Part shown: in pieces, positions 27,295-36,188 of the stretch
Layout: each line of letters starts with the position of its first letter
Numbering within the stretch: position 1 is the first letter of the stretch
IMG/VR virus record: IMGVR_UViG_2795385649_000011
Source of the DNA: a virus
Taxonomy: Duplodnaviria; Heunggongvirae; Uroviricota; Caudoviricetes
Strand: one strand, 5' to 3'
DNA: 64,000 nucleotides
Notes under the pieces: generated by a model
The model's database searches: none
Told to the model about the DNA's origin: nothing
What the model saw: the letters and a program-made list of their open reading frames with translations, nothing else
Program-made: the position numbers and the translations under genes

Positions 27295-27315
27295 TAACCC
27301 AGCAAGGAGCTCACG

Positions 27316-29016
27316 GTGGACGTTCTATCCTCGATCAGCACGCGGCGCACCCCTCAGGCCCAGAAGGCGGACCCGCGCCAGGTCAAGAACGCCGCCGGGG
27401 GCTACACCTTCCAGGCCGACGACTGGACCCGGCTCCACCGATTCCTGACCCTCGGCACGACCGGCGGCACCTACTACACCTCCGCCGAGGACCTCACCCG
27501 CGACGCCGCCGATGTCGTGATCCGGCTCGCCGCAACCGATCCCGTCACCCTCGTGCAGAAGATCGTTGAGGTCTCCGAGGCCGGACGCGCCCCCAAGCAG
27601 AACCCGGCCCTGTTCGCGCTCGCTATCGCTTCGGCCTCCGAGAACGTGGAAGGCCGCCGTGCCGCCGCCGCCGCACTGCCCCGAGTCGCGCGCACCGCCA
27701 CCCACCTGTACCTGTTCACCAAGTACATGGAGCAGTTCCGGGGCTGGGGACCGGCGATGAAGCGCGCCGTCTCCAGCTGGTACCTGGACAAGCCCGTGGA
27801 CCGGCTCGCCTACCAGCTGGTCAAGTACCGGCAGCGTGACGGCTGGACCCACCGCGACATGCTCCGGCTCAGCGGCCCCGCCACCAGCGACCCCGCACGC
27901 CGCATGGCGTTCAACTGGGCTGTCGGCAAGGGGCTCAACGACTACAACTGGAAGCAGCCGCTCCTCACTCCGGAGCAGCTCAAGGCCGGAGAGCGCAACC
28001 CCGCTCTACCGAAGCTGCCCAATGTGGAACTGGCTGACGGGCACCCGCTTGCCATCATCGCGGACTACGAAGCCGCGCAGCGTGCCACCACCGTCAACGA
28101 GTGGCTGGCGATCATCCGCCGGGGCAACGGCCTACCGTGGGAGGCGTTCCCCGACAAGGCCCTCACCGAGCCTGCGATCTGGGAGGCGCTGATCGAGCAC
28201 GGCCTCCCGCAGACCGCCCTCATGCGGCAGCTGCCCCGCCTAACCCGCCTCGGCGTGCTGAACGGTCAGCTCGGCAGCCGGGTCTCCGCGCAGCTCCAGG
28301 ACACAGACCGGCTACGAAAGGGCCGCGTCCACCCGATCAATGTCCTTGTCGCACAGCGCACCTATGCCTCTGGGCGTTCTGCGCGCGGTGAGTCCACCTG
28401 GACTCCGAACCGCCGCATCGTTGACGCGCTCGACGCCGCGTTCTACAACGCCTACGGCGCCGTCGAGCCCTCGGGTAAGCGGACCCTGCTGGCACTGGAC
28501 ATCTCCGGCTCCATGAGCGCCGCGATCTCCGGTATGCCGCTGACGTGCCGCGAGGCCGCCGCCGCGCTCGCACTGGTGACCGCCAACGTGGAGCCCAACC
28601 ACGACATCATCGGGTTCACCGCCGGGGCCGGTGGGAGCTTCCGCTCATCAGGGATCACGGAGTTGGACATCACGCCGCGCCGCCGCCTCGATGACGTGTG
28701 CCGATACACCGCAGGCCTCCCTATGGGCGCTACCGACTGCGCGCTCCCCATGATCTGGGCGAAGGCGCAGCTTCGCCCCTACGACGCCATCGTGATCCTC
28801 ACCGACAACGAGACCTGGTACGGGGGTATCCACCCGCACCAGGCTCTCACCGAGTACCGGAACAAGCTCAGCCTGGACACCAGCCTGATGGTGGTCGCGA
28901 TGACCGGCGGTCGGCAGACCATCGCAGATCCTTCGGACCCGCGCCAGCTCGACGTGTCCGGGTTCGATAGCGCTGTACCGCAGCTCATCTCGGACTTCGC
29001 CCGAGGTGACCTGTAA
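27316..29016 (+). CDS. rsr: Ro60 ortholog Rsr: TROVE-domain RNA-binding protein with C-terminal vWA (MIDAS) domain
   Basis: 566 aa; N-terminal TROVE-like region; C-terminal vWA with MIDAS motif LLALDISGSMS...T...TD; AAGGAG RBS before the GTG start. Directly downstream of the five Y RNA-like genes. Confidence 0.7.
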   Translation: MDVLSSISTRRTPQAQKADPRQVKNAAGGYTFQADDWTRLHRFLTLGTTGGTYYTSAEDLTRDAADVVIRLAATDPVTLVQKIVEVSEAGRAPKQNPALFALAIASASENVEGRRAAAAALPRVARTATHLYLFTKYMEQFRGWGPAMKRAVSSWYLDKPVDRLAYQLVKYRQRDGWTHRDMLRLSGPATSDPARRMAFNWAVGKGLNDYNWKQPLLTPEQLKAGERNPALPKLPNVELADGHPLAIIADYEAAQRATTVNEWLAIIRRGNGLPWEAFPDKALTEPAIWEALIEHGLPQTALMRQLPRLTRLGVLNGQLGSRVSAQLQDTDRLRKGRVHPINVLVAQRTYASGRSARGESTWTPNRRIVDALDAAFYNAYGAVEPSGKRTLLALDISGSMSAAISGMPLTCREAAAALALVTANVEPNHDIIGFTAGAGGSFRSSGITELDITPRRRLDDVCRYTAGLPMGATDCALPMIWAKAQLRPYDAIVILTDNETWYGGIHPHQALTEYRNKLSLDTSLMVVAMTGGRQTIADPSDPRQLDVSGFDSAVPQLISDFARGDL

Positions 29017-29018
29017 CG

Positions 29019-29453
29019 ATGGGCAGGGTCGGCGGCCCCGCGCCGCGCCCCTGCGCGTCGTGCCCCTACCGGGAGGACGTACCCAGCGGCGTGTGGCATG
29101 CCACCGAGTATCAGAAACTCATCGCCTACGACGGCCCCACCTCGGAGCAGCCGCCCGGCCTGTTCCTGTGCCACCAGACGGACGCCGCCGACGCAGCGGC
29201 CCGGCTTTGTGCGGGCTGGGTCGGCTGCCACGGCGGCGAGGAACTACTTGCGATACGCATCGGCGCGGCCACGGGCGCGCTGTCTCCCGAAGACGTACAG
29301 GCCGCATTCGAATATGTGAGCCCTGTCCCGCTGTTCGAGTCAGGCCGTGACGCAGCAGAGCACGGCATCTTCGAGATCGAAGACCCCGGAGAGGAAGCCA
29401 TCACCGCGATCGAGAAGATATCCCGCCGCCGCGTGGACATCAGGGGACGTTGA
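29019..29453 (+). CDS. Hypothetical Cys-rich protein downstream of rsr
   Basis: 144 aa; CASCPYREDVPSG...CHQTDAADAAARLCAGWVGCHGG. Confidence 0.4.
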   Translation: MGRVGGPAPRPCASCPYREDVPSGVWHATEYQKLIAYDGPTSEQPPGLFLCHQTDAADAAARLCAGWVGCHGGEELLAIRIGAATGALSPEDVQAAFEYVSPVPLFESGRDAAEHGIFEIEDPGEEAITAIEKISRRRVDIRGR

Positions 29454-29671
29454 TGGACCCGAGGGCACAGCAAGCCCGCGAGCACCACCGGCTGGCCGGG
29501 GAAGAGCGCGACTCCGCCAGCCAGCACCGAAGCCAGCGCGACCGGCTCGTACGGGAACTCTGGACGAACGAGCGCGAGAAGTGGACCCACGCCACTCTCG
29601 CCACCGCCGTGAAGTGCAGCCCCCAACTCATCCAGAAAATCATCGACGGTAGAACGGCCACCTCCCGATGA
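29450..29671 (+). CDS. Hypothetical small protein
   Basis: 73 aa ORF with overlap coupling. Confidence 0.35.
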   Translation: MMDPRAQQAREHHRLAGEERDSASQHRSQRDRLVRELWTNEREKWTHATLATAVKCSPQLIQKIIDGRTATSR

Positions 29672-29838
29672 GTAGCGGCCCTTTCCATATCGTGAACCGG
29701 CTCAACGGGAAGCACGTTGGCCCGTTCACGACTGAAACGGACTGCGCGCTAGCGAAAACCATTGCTACACCGGACTGGACAACGGGAATTGTCATGGACA
29801 AGAAGCAATTCAAGAAGCACTTGGAGCGTGGACTGTGA
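29668..29838 (+). CDS. Hypothetical small protein (56 aa)
   Basis: ATG 29668, stop 29836-38 overlapping the next GTG start. Confidence 0.3.
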   Translation: MSSGPFHIVNRLNGKHVGPFTTETDCALAKTIATPDWTTGIVMDKKQFKKHLERGL

Positions 29839-30692
29839 GTACAGAAGCACGCCACGGCACGGAGCGGCACCGCGCTATCGCGGACGAGAACACGATTCTT
29901 CGTGGGCAGGTCGGCTCCGGCCTGCATGGTGTCACGACCGGCGCCGACGACCGCGACGAAATGGGCATCTGCATCGAACCTCCCGAGGCCGTAATCGGTT
30001 TGGAGAAGTTCGAGCAGTACATGTACCGCACCCAACCGGACGGCGCCCGCTCCGGCCCCGGCGACCTCGATCTGTGTGTCTACAGCCTGCGGAAGTGGAC
30101 ACGGCTGGCCGCCAATGGCAATCCCTCAGTGCTGCTGATGCTTTGGATACCCGACAATGAGCTGACGGTGAAAAGCCAACTCGGCGCCGAACTTCAGGCA
30201 GCCTCGGAGATGTTCGTCACCACGCAGGCTGGACAGAAGTTCTTGAGCTACTTGAACTCTCAGCGTGAAGGACTCGAAGGTACCCATCACCGGCACACCA
30301 ACCGGCCCGAACTCATCGAACAGTACGGTTTCGACACCAAGTACGCGTATCACGCCCTGCGCCTCGGCATGCAGGGTATCCAGCTCGTCACGGAGAGGAA
30401 GCTGCACCTGCCGATGGTCAAGGCCCATCGTGATGCGCTGCTCCGCGTTCGGCGCGGCGAGACCTCGCTCCCCGAGGTGAAGAGCTGGCTCGCGGATCTG
30501 ACCTGGAGTCTGGAGCACTTCATCTCGACCGAGCCTCTGCCGGATACCCCGGACTGGGTTCGGATCAACACGTGGTTGGTTGATATGTACCAGCGGCACT
30601 GGCGTACTCGCGGTACCAGGTCCGAAGCCCGACTCTCCGGCGCGATCCGAAACGCACACAACATCGCCGTCAGTCGAAGTAGATGGCGATGA
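29835..30692 (+). CDS. Pol-beta-superfamily nucleotidyltransferase with helical C-terminal domain
   Basis: N-terminal NTase motif GQVGSGLHGVTTGADDRDEMGI (GS...[DE]x[DE]); 285 aa. Confidence 0.55.
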   Translation: MSTEARHGTERHRAIADENTILRGQVGSGLHGVTTGADDRDEMGICIEPPEAVIGLEKFEQYMYRTQPDGARSGPGDLDLCVYSLRKWTRLAANGNPSVLLMLWIPDNELTVKSQLGAELQAASEMFVTTQAGQKFLSYLNSQREGLEGTHHRHTNRPELIEQYGFDTKYAYHALRLGMQGIQLVTERKLHLPMVKAHRDALLRVRRGETSLPEVKSWLADLTWSLEHFISTEPLPDTPDWVRINTWLVDMYQRHWRTRGTRSEARLSGAIRNAHNIAVSRSRWR

Positions 30693-31156
30693 CGGAATCG
30701 AGTGCATTCCGAGACAAGCTCGTAGCTCGGGCTCGTGAACTTGAATGTTTCCCAGACCCCGAGCAACGCACCGATGCTGAGCTGGCCGATGCCATAGGGG
30801 CGGAGGAGGCAGGCGCTAGATGGCTAAAGCGGTACGAGTCACTACCAACCGAGGCCGCGAAAAGGTCTGCTGTCAAACGGCTTAATGCCGCGCTGGAGGC
30901 CTCAAGGGCTGGAACGCTGGAGAACCCCATGTCTGACCCTGCTATCAAAGCCACGCAACGGGCATGGGTGGAAGAAGACGGCGGTCCCGCGTACTACCGG
31001 ACGATGACCGACGCAATGAACGCCACTGCCCGTGAGGCTTTGAAACCGATACGGGACTGGTCGGCCAATTGGTCTATCGAGCTCCTGCGTCGTGACCTTG
31101 GTCAAGCGTGGAGCGAGCTCGCACCTCTGATCTTCACAAGCGAGGAGCTGGCGTGA
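30683..31156 (+). CDS. Hypothetical protein
   Basis: 157 aa ORF. Confidence 0.4.
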   Translation: MAMTESSAFRDKLVARARELECFPDPEQRTDAELADAIGAEEAGARWLKRYESLPTEAAKRSAVKRLNAALEASRAGTLENPMSDPAIKATQRAWVEEDGGPAYYRTMTDAMNATAREALKPIRDWSANWSIELLRRDLGQAWSELAPLIFTSEELA

Positions 31157-31503
31157 TGAGGACCCAGAGACCGTTGAATGCCGACGAGCATTCGGAACTG
31201 GATGCCTTGAACGCGGCAGTGCAGGCAGCGATAGACGCGCGCCGCGAATGGCTGGACGGGAAGATGCGTGAAACATCGAAACTTCAAGTCGGAGATGACA
31301 TCTACGATGCGCAAACCGGCGAGAAACTTGGTGTCGTATCCGGGCTGTACCGCTACCACGCTGGGCGTGATGATCTCTACGATACGGACGTCGAGTGCGA
31401 CTACCAGTATGAAACTCGCCCCGGATGTTTCGACAACACTTCCCGACAGGTTGGCCGAATGTTTGGCACACGCGAAGCGCCGCCGCGCACGCGAAATCGC
31501 TAG
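31156..31503 (+). CDS. Hypothetical protein
   Basis: ATG 31156 overlapping the upstream TGA. Confidence 0.4.
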   Translation: MRTQRPLNADEHSELDALNAAVQAAIDARREWLDGKMRETSKLQVGDDIYDAQTGEKLGVVSGLYRYHAGRDDLYDTDVECDYQYETRPGCFDNTSRQVGRMFGTREAPPRTRNR

Positions 31504-31526
31504 TTGCCCAATCGACATTGGAGTAA

Positions 31527-31916
31527 ATGATGACCACACCCACCTCACGCATGTTCGGCCTCGGAGCCATCTTGACCGTCACCACCGACCGGATGCTCGC
31601 GCGCGATATCGGCGACATCTACGAACTCCTCAACTTCATGACCGGCGACAACCTGTTCACCCATCAGTTGCCTCGTGCCGCAGGCGAATGCAAACCAGCG
31701 CTGCTGGAACAGCATCCGCAGCTCGCCGACATCGCCGTACCCGATCTCCCGGACGCCAACGCGTATATGGCGTACCTCGCCGGTCTGGAGGACACCTATG
31801 ACGCGGAGCTGGCCGTGACGCCTCTGCCCGACGACGACCACACCCACATCGACCCGTTATCCGAGTTGGCCGACATGATGCCTGACAAGCCGATGATCGT
31901 TGTGGTCGAATCATGA
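31527..31916 (+). CDS. Hypothetical protein with LNFMTGDN motif (paralog of 12053..12430)
   Basis: Shared FMTG...(Q)LPRA motif with the 12053 gene product. Confidence 0.45.
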   Translation: MMTTPTSRMFGLGAILTVTTDRMLARDIGDIYELLNFMTGDNLFTHQLPRAAGECKPALLEQHPQLADIAVPDLPDANAYMAYLAGLEDTYDAELAVTPLPDDDHTHIDPLSELADMMPDKPMIVVVES

Positions 31917-32344
31917 GTGACACAGAGCCCCTGGAATATTTCGACTCTTGGGTCAACGGCGCTGAGGATGCTCTGAACGCGGGAAACCTGAAACTCGCTC
32001 TGGCGCAAATCGTCGCGGCGATGAGGTCGATGTCTACCGCTGTTGCCGCCGCAAAGACGGAGGTAGTTGATATTCCTCGCCGCGACCCGGTGAGACGCAT
32101 GGTCACACGCATCATCGACACGTTGAGGGACATACGGGTTGCGACGAACCAGCCGGTCCACGGCTTCATCTACGTGTGCCCGGAGGACGCGAAAACACTT
32201 CACGTCCTCTTCAACGGTGAGTCCGTCCCGCCCTACAACCCCAAGTCGGGGGACAAGGCAACCCTGTTTGGTGAGATGGCCCTGGTGGATGACGATCTCA
32301 CGCCGGGCGCCATCTATATCGGGGTGAAGGTCCAAGGTGTCTGA
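31913..32344 (+). CDS. Hypothetical protein
   Basis: 143 aa ORF. Confidence 0.4.
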   Translation: MSDTEPLEYFDSWVNGAEDALNAGNLKLALAQIVAAMRSMSTAVAAAKTEVVDIPRRDPVRRMVTRIIDTLRDIRVATNQPVHGFIYVCPEDAKTLHVLFNGESVPPYNPKSGDKATLFGEMALVDDDLTPGAIYIGVKVQGV

Positions 32345-32666
32345 CCGCCGTCCTGCGAAAAGCGAAGCACAGCAGCTCATGTCGGAAGTCTTGAGCGAGC
32401 ACCGGATTGCGTACCTTGATCAATTCATCTGCACGGGATGCAAAGAGTCATTCGGGAACGTAGGAGAAGCGACCGCACACCAGTCCGCTGAGATAGACAA
32501 AGCCTTCGGGGGAATCACGCGTGTATGGGGTGCGCAGATGATCGGCGATGACGAGGTGACCATCGGCAGTGAGGGGACTGCCCGTTATTGCGCGCGACAG
32601 CACCCTATGTCGTGGAAGGTCATGTCGCATTGGGCGTCGAGCTGGACCGAGGTGCCGGGCGAATGA
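32337..32666 (+). CDS. Hypothetical protein
   Basis: GTG 32337; 109 aa. Confidence 0.35.
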   Translation: MSDRRPAKSEAQQLMSEVLSEHRIAYLDQFICTGCKESFGNVGEATAHQSAEIDKAFGGITRVWGAQMIGDDEVTIGSEGTARYCARQHPMSWKVMSHWASSWTEVPGE

Positions 32667-32968
32667 TCCGGGAGTTGGGTATCCGCCGCTGGGTTGCTTG
32701 GCGTCTGGTACAGCTGGCTCACCGCATCGCGGACACGACAGTCACCGAGCGCATCGTCATTGTGGCGCCGGACGGTGGCCCCGTCGTTGAGTGGGAGATC
32801 GAGGGCGACGCGTACGGCGGCGGGGTCTCCAGCCAGCACGGCCTCACCTATTTCACGCCCGGCTACACCGCGCTGCACATCTTCGACGGCGTACCTACAG
32901 ACGCGGATAACCATCTCGTGATGACGGCGTGGAATCGCCTGCGCGAGTGGGAAGACCAGCGCGGATGA
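32663..32968 (+). CDS. Hypothetical protein
   Basis: ATG 32663 in frame with track ORF 32588..32968. Confidence 0.4.
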   Translation: MIRELGIRRWVAWRLVQLAHRIADTTVTERIVIVAPDGGPVVEWEIEGDAYGGGVSSQHGLTYFTPGYTALHIFDGVPTDADNHLVMTAWNRLREWEDQRG

Positions 32969-33087
32969 GTATTGACGTTCCGGAACAATGCCCAAAGTGC
33001 GGCTACCGAGGAAGACCTTGCGAACTGGGCTGCGGAGGCAATGACTGCCCGATGCTGGCGGCACGGCGAGAGCGCGAGCGGGCGTGA
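32965..33087 (+). CDS. Small zinc-ribbon protein (40 aa)
   Basis: CPKCGYRGRPCELGCGGNDCP. Confidence 0.3.
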   Translation: MSIDVPEQCPKCGYRGRPCELGCGGNDCPMLAARRERERA

Positions 33088-33509
33088 CGGCGATGCCTGA
33101 CCGCCTGCCGGCGCGGATCGAGGCCGCGCCGCGTGAGGCATCGGCCCGGCGTGTGCCGGGAGCGTTGGACTGCTGGTGGCGGTTGGGCCCGAACATCCGT
33201 GACCAGAGGACGGCGCGGGCACGGGGAGTGCTGTCCGTCGATGAGCACGGCACTTACCTGACGGTGGTGCTCGCGTCATCCCGTGTGGATGTGTGGCCCT
33301 CTGACTACATGCTGGGCTGGGATGAGCACCGCTCGGGCACCGAGGCGGCCCCCGTCTTCGAGCAGGTACCGCGCTACCTGGACTTACTGATCGACCGGCC
33401 CCCGCTCATGCCTATCTCGATGGAATGGCAACAGATCACCCGGCGGGGGTTCAGGGAACACCCCGGCGACATCATGGGCGACTGGCGATACGACAACCCA
33501 TGGGACTAG
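33084..33509 (+). CDS. Hypothetical protein
   Basis: 141 aa ORF. Confidence 0.4.
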   Translation: MTAMPDRLPARIEAAPREASARRVPGALDCWWRLGPNIRDQRTARARGVLSVDEHGTYLTVVLASSRVDVWPSDYMLGWDEHRSGTEAAPVFEQVPRYLDLLIDRPPLMPISMEWQQITRRGFREHPGDIMGDWRYDNPWD

Positions 33510-34039
33510 CTGGTCCTGCGGCTCTCTCTCGCGACTTCCCTCCAAAAGTGCACTGCTGCTGACGGATCAGGGACATTCAGCGGGTAGAGCTTGGATTCGG
33601 ATGACAGTAGGGATGATTGGCCGGGTAGGTGCTGGTGCGGCAGGATGGGGCTCCACCGGTAGCCGATTCGGTACTGCCACTTCCACAGAGCCGGACGGTG
33701 GGCGACCTGCTCTTCTATGTCGGCAGCGTTCGGCAATCCGAGGCCACCTAAGACCGTTTCCGCGCCTGGCATCCACGCAATCTGAAGTGCTTTCTTGTAT
33801 TTCTCGGCAGCGGCCTTCACAGCCGCGTGCGCTTCACTCTGGCGGTCGCGGGTCACCTCGATGTACCACGCGTTCTGGTACGACACGTAATACTCGGAGA
33901 GGGCGTAGATAGGGCTGTACTGCGCGCGCCGCTTCCTCGCCCAGAACAGCATGTCGTCAATCTTCGTGCGCACGTCCTTGACGATGAGAAATTCCTCGTA
34001 GGCGTCCAGGGCGTCCACCACACTCTCAGAGAGTTTCAT
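33506..34039 (-). CDS. Reverse-strand gene in an otherwise plus-strand block, function unknown; possible lysogeny-expressed accessory gene
   Basis: 178 aa from M at 34039 (MKLSESVVDALDAYEEFLIVKD...). The 341-aa track ORF's upstream extension is Arg-rich and looks wrong-frame. Local GC appears lower than the flanks. Confidence 0.5.
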   Translation of the reverse strand: MKLSESVVDALDAYEEFLIVKDVRTKIDDMLFWARKRRAQYSPIYALSEYYVSYQNAWYIEVTRDRQSEAHAAVKAAAEKYKKALQIAWMPGAETVLGGLGLPNAADIEEQVAHRPALWKWQYRIGYRWSPILPHQHLPGQSSLLSSESKLYPLNVPDPSAAVHFWREVARESRRTS

Positions 34040-34090
34040 GCCGCTCACGATAGGTGGGTTGTGTCGGTGGCGGCGGGTAGAACGTGGTCT

Positions 34091-34513
34091 ATGGCAGTCG
34101 GCACGGTGTTGGCGCGGGTGATCGCGGGTATCCCGCACCTGTTGAGCCGTACCCATGACCCGAGCTTCATCCGGGACCCTGAGGCTTTCGTTGAAGTGCG
34201 GACGCCGGAGGAGGTGGCCGGGCGAATAGCGTCCGTGCTCCCAGATCTCCTCGCGGCCGAGGGAATCCTCCTGGTGGAGATACCGAATGTCGGACCGGAC
34301 GGGTACGGCGGCTGGGCGGTGCGGGTCCCGTTGAGTGAGCAGCCCTGGGCGGATGGTGAGGTCTGCCTCGACAAGGCGGGGCGCATCGCGTTGGCCGGCA
34401 TCCCGCGACCACTCCGAGGGGCCGACGTTCCAGCGGTCGCGGCGGCGCTGCTGGCGGTGCACACCTGCCGGGCTAAGGTTCTGGCACCGAAGGATCGAGG
34501 GGAGCCAGCGTGA
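34091..34513 (+). CDS. Hypothetical Ala-rich protein
   Basis: ATG 34091 in frame with track ORF 33827..34513; the upstream part overlaps the minus-strand gene. Confidence 0.4.
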   Translation: MAVGTVLARVIAGIPHLLSRTHDPSFIRDPEAFVEVRTPEEVAGRIASVLPDLLAAEGILLVEIPNVGPDGYGGWAVRVPLSEQPWADGEVCLDKAGRIALAGIPRPLRGADVPAVAAALLAVHTCRAKVLAPKDRGEPA

Positions 34514-34698
34514 CGACCATGTACGCAGCAATCGCCGTGTTCTGGGAGAAAGACTCGGACATCATCCATCACTACGAGGTGGAGTCGATCTGGCTGGACG
34601 AAGACGACGCCAAGCAGCGATGCCGCGACCTATCGGCGTTGGATCGATACGCCGGGTGCGCGTTCAACGTGCAGGGCGCACCCGTAGAACCGAAGTAG
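34510..34698 (+). CDS. Hypothetical small acidic protein
   Basis: 62 aa. Confidence 0.35.
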   Translation: MTTMYAAIAVFWEKDSDIIHHYEVESIWLDEDDAKQRCRDLSALDRYAGCAFNVQGAPVEPK

Positions 34699-34705
34699 GG
34701 CCTTC

Positions 34706-35317
34706 ATGGACGACAAGGCAACCGTAGTGACGGCGGTCGTGCTGCCGGTCGTGACCCTCCTGTCTGGATGGGCATTGGCGGCCTGGAGGGGTTCGCGGCA
34801 TCGCACCTGGGAGGCTCTATCCAAAGACCTTGAGCTGGCGGACAAGTTGTCCGCTGTCGGGCTCGCCGCGCACGCCTTGTGGCTGCGCCAGTCGGTGGCG
34901 GTTCGGCTCAAAGGGCGGGCGATGGCTGATAGCCGTCCGCGTTCCGACCTGCTGAACGGGTTCATAGGCTGCTTCTTCATCGCAGCTGGCGTGGGCGCCT
35001 TCTGGTTTGTCGGCATGATGGCCCGCCAACGCGACACGGTCGGGGTGATTATCGGGATAGCCATGGTGATAGTCATGGTGGGCAGCGGCTGGGCGCTCGC
35101 TTACTTCTCATTTAAGAAGGACTATCGAGTACCTGGGTTGTCCGATTTCTTCCTACAGGGCAATACCGAAGCAGTCATGGGGCTGCGCGGCCAGTTGAAA
35201 CGCCTTCACGCGGCGTCCGCCGAGCTGCCGGACGCAATACCTGAGCCCGAGGCGACGCCCCAACCCGAGGCTGAGCCGGGACCTGCTCCCGCTTCGCAGG
35301 AGCAAGGCAGCCGATAG
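34706..35317 (+). CDS. Integral membrane protein (about 4 TM segments)
   Basis: Hydrophobic segments VVTAVVLPVVTLLSGWALAAW, FIGCFFIAAGVGAFWFVGMMA and VIIGIAMVIVMVGSGWALAYF; Pro/Glu-rich tail. Confidence 0.5.
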   Translation: MDDKATVVTAVVLPVVTLLSGWALAAWRGSRHRTWEALSKDLELADKLSAVGLAAHALWLRQSVAVRLKGRAMADSRPRSDLLNGFIGCFFIAAGVGAFWFVGMMARQRDTVGVIIGIAMVIVMVGSGWALAYFSFKKDYRVPGLSDFFLQGNTEAVMGLRGQLKRLHAASAELPDAIPEPEATPQPEAEPGPAPASQEQGSR

Positions 35318-35424
35318 CCAGGCGGGAACTCTTCGGGATTTCCGAAAAGTTGCCCTCCGCCTCCGTGGGTTGTTGGACGTAACGTGTTATACAGGTGTGG
35401 TGGGCAGAGCTATGCCCAGAGTTC

Positions 35425-35460
35425 AGGCCTCCGTGAGTCTTCCGGGGGCCTTTTCTCGTT
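35425..35460 (+). terminator. Rho-independent terminator candidate
   Basis: AGGCCTCCG-tgagtcttc-CGGGGGCCT stem (9 bp, one G-U) followed by TTTTCTCGTTTCT. Confidence 0.5.
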
Positions 35461-35798
35461 TCTGACCCTTTCCGCCCCGCGCGCCTCGTTGAGCCGGTAT
35501 GTGCTTGCCCGGTAAGCGCGCGGCCCGTTGCCGCGACAGCTGTTGCGCCGGGCTATTGCAGGCCGATCCCGTCATTACCGTCTTGCTGGGGCGGAGGATT
35601 GGCCGGACACCCAGGAAGCCTCGTAGGGGTGGAGGGCGCGCTGCGCGTCGCGCGGGGCGGGAAGTCATTGAGCTGGTGCGCCGGGCCGGGCTATCCGCCC
35701 TCGCGTGGAACACGTCTGGCAGCTACGCGTCACGACGACGGGCGACAACTACCGCCCGGCGCACCTCAAAATAGTTGCAGCACAAGGGAATTAAGCTA

Positions 35799-36188
35799 AT
35801 GCCAAATCCGGCAAGCCCGCCGTGGCTACGCGGGGTGTTCGAGCTAGCAGCCGAGCATCACACCTGGATACCGAAGGAGCACACCATGCCAGGACGTTTG
35901 GAGATCCGGTTCAACGACCGGATCGAGTACGCGCAGGACGTGGAGAACTTCTCCCTCGTGGAAGGGCCGGACGGCGCGCTGTCGATCGCGGCCACCCGCG
36001 CGAACGCCAGCGGAGAGCTGACCGTCCTCACCACCGAAACCAACCCGCTACTCACCGACCCAGCGGTAGACGGCCCCGAGGGCGACGAACCCGAAGGTAA
36101 CGGCGACCCCGAGGTACTGGAGACCGTCCACGACGGCTCCGCTTACGAGACCACCGCCGACAACGGCAAGGGCAACAAAGCCAAGTGA
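35799..36188 (+). CDS. Hypothetical acidic protein
   Basis: ATG for MPNPAS in frame with track ORF 35775..36188. Confidence 0.4.
   Translation: MPNPASPPWLRGVFELAAEHHTWIPKEHTMPGRLEIRFNDRIEYAQDVENFSLVEGPDGALSIAATRANASGELTVLTTETNPLLTDPAVDGPEGDEPEGNGDPEVLETVHDGSAYETTADNGKGNKAK

Noticed and set aside
26540-27300. First reading of this block as a cluster of 4-5 canonical tRNA genes (good T-arms and D-arms are present)
   Set aside because: No unit closes into a cloverleaf. Acceptor halves do not pair with each other and anticodon arms are missing. The order is T-arm, acceptor 3', loop, acceptor 5', D-arm, flanked by conserved pairing motifs, which fits permuted tRNA-like modules of Y RNAs rather than tRNAs.
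34040-34531. Upstream extension of the minus-strand 341-aa ORF
   Set aside because: Arg-rich wrong-frame composition. The coding part starts at M 34039 (MKLSES...).
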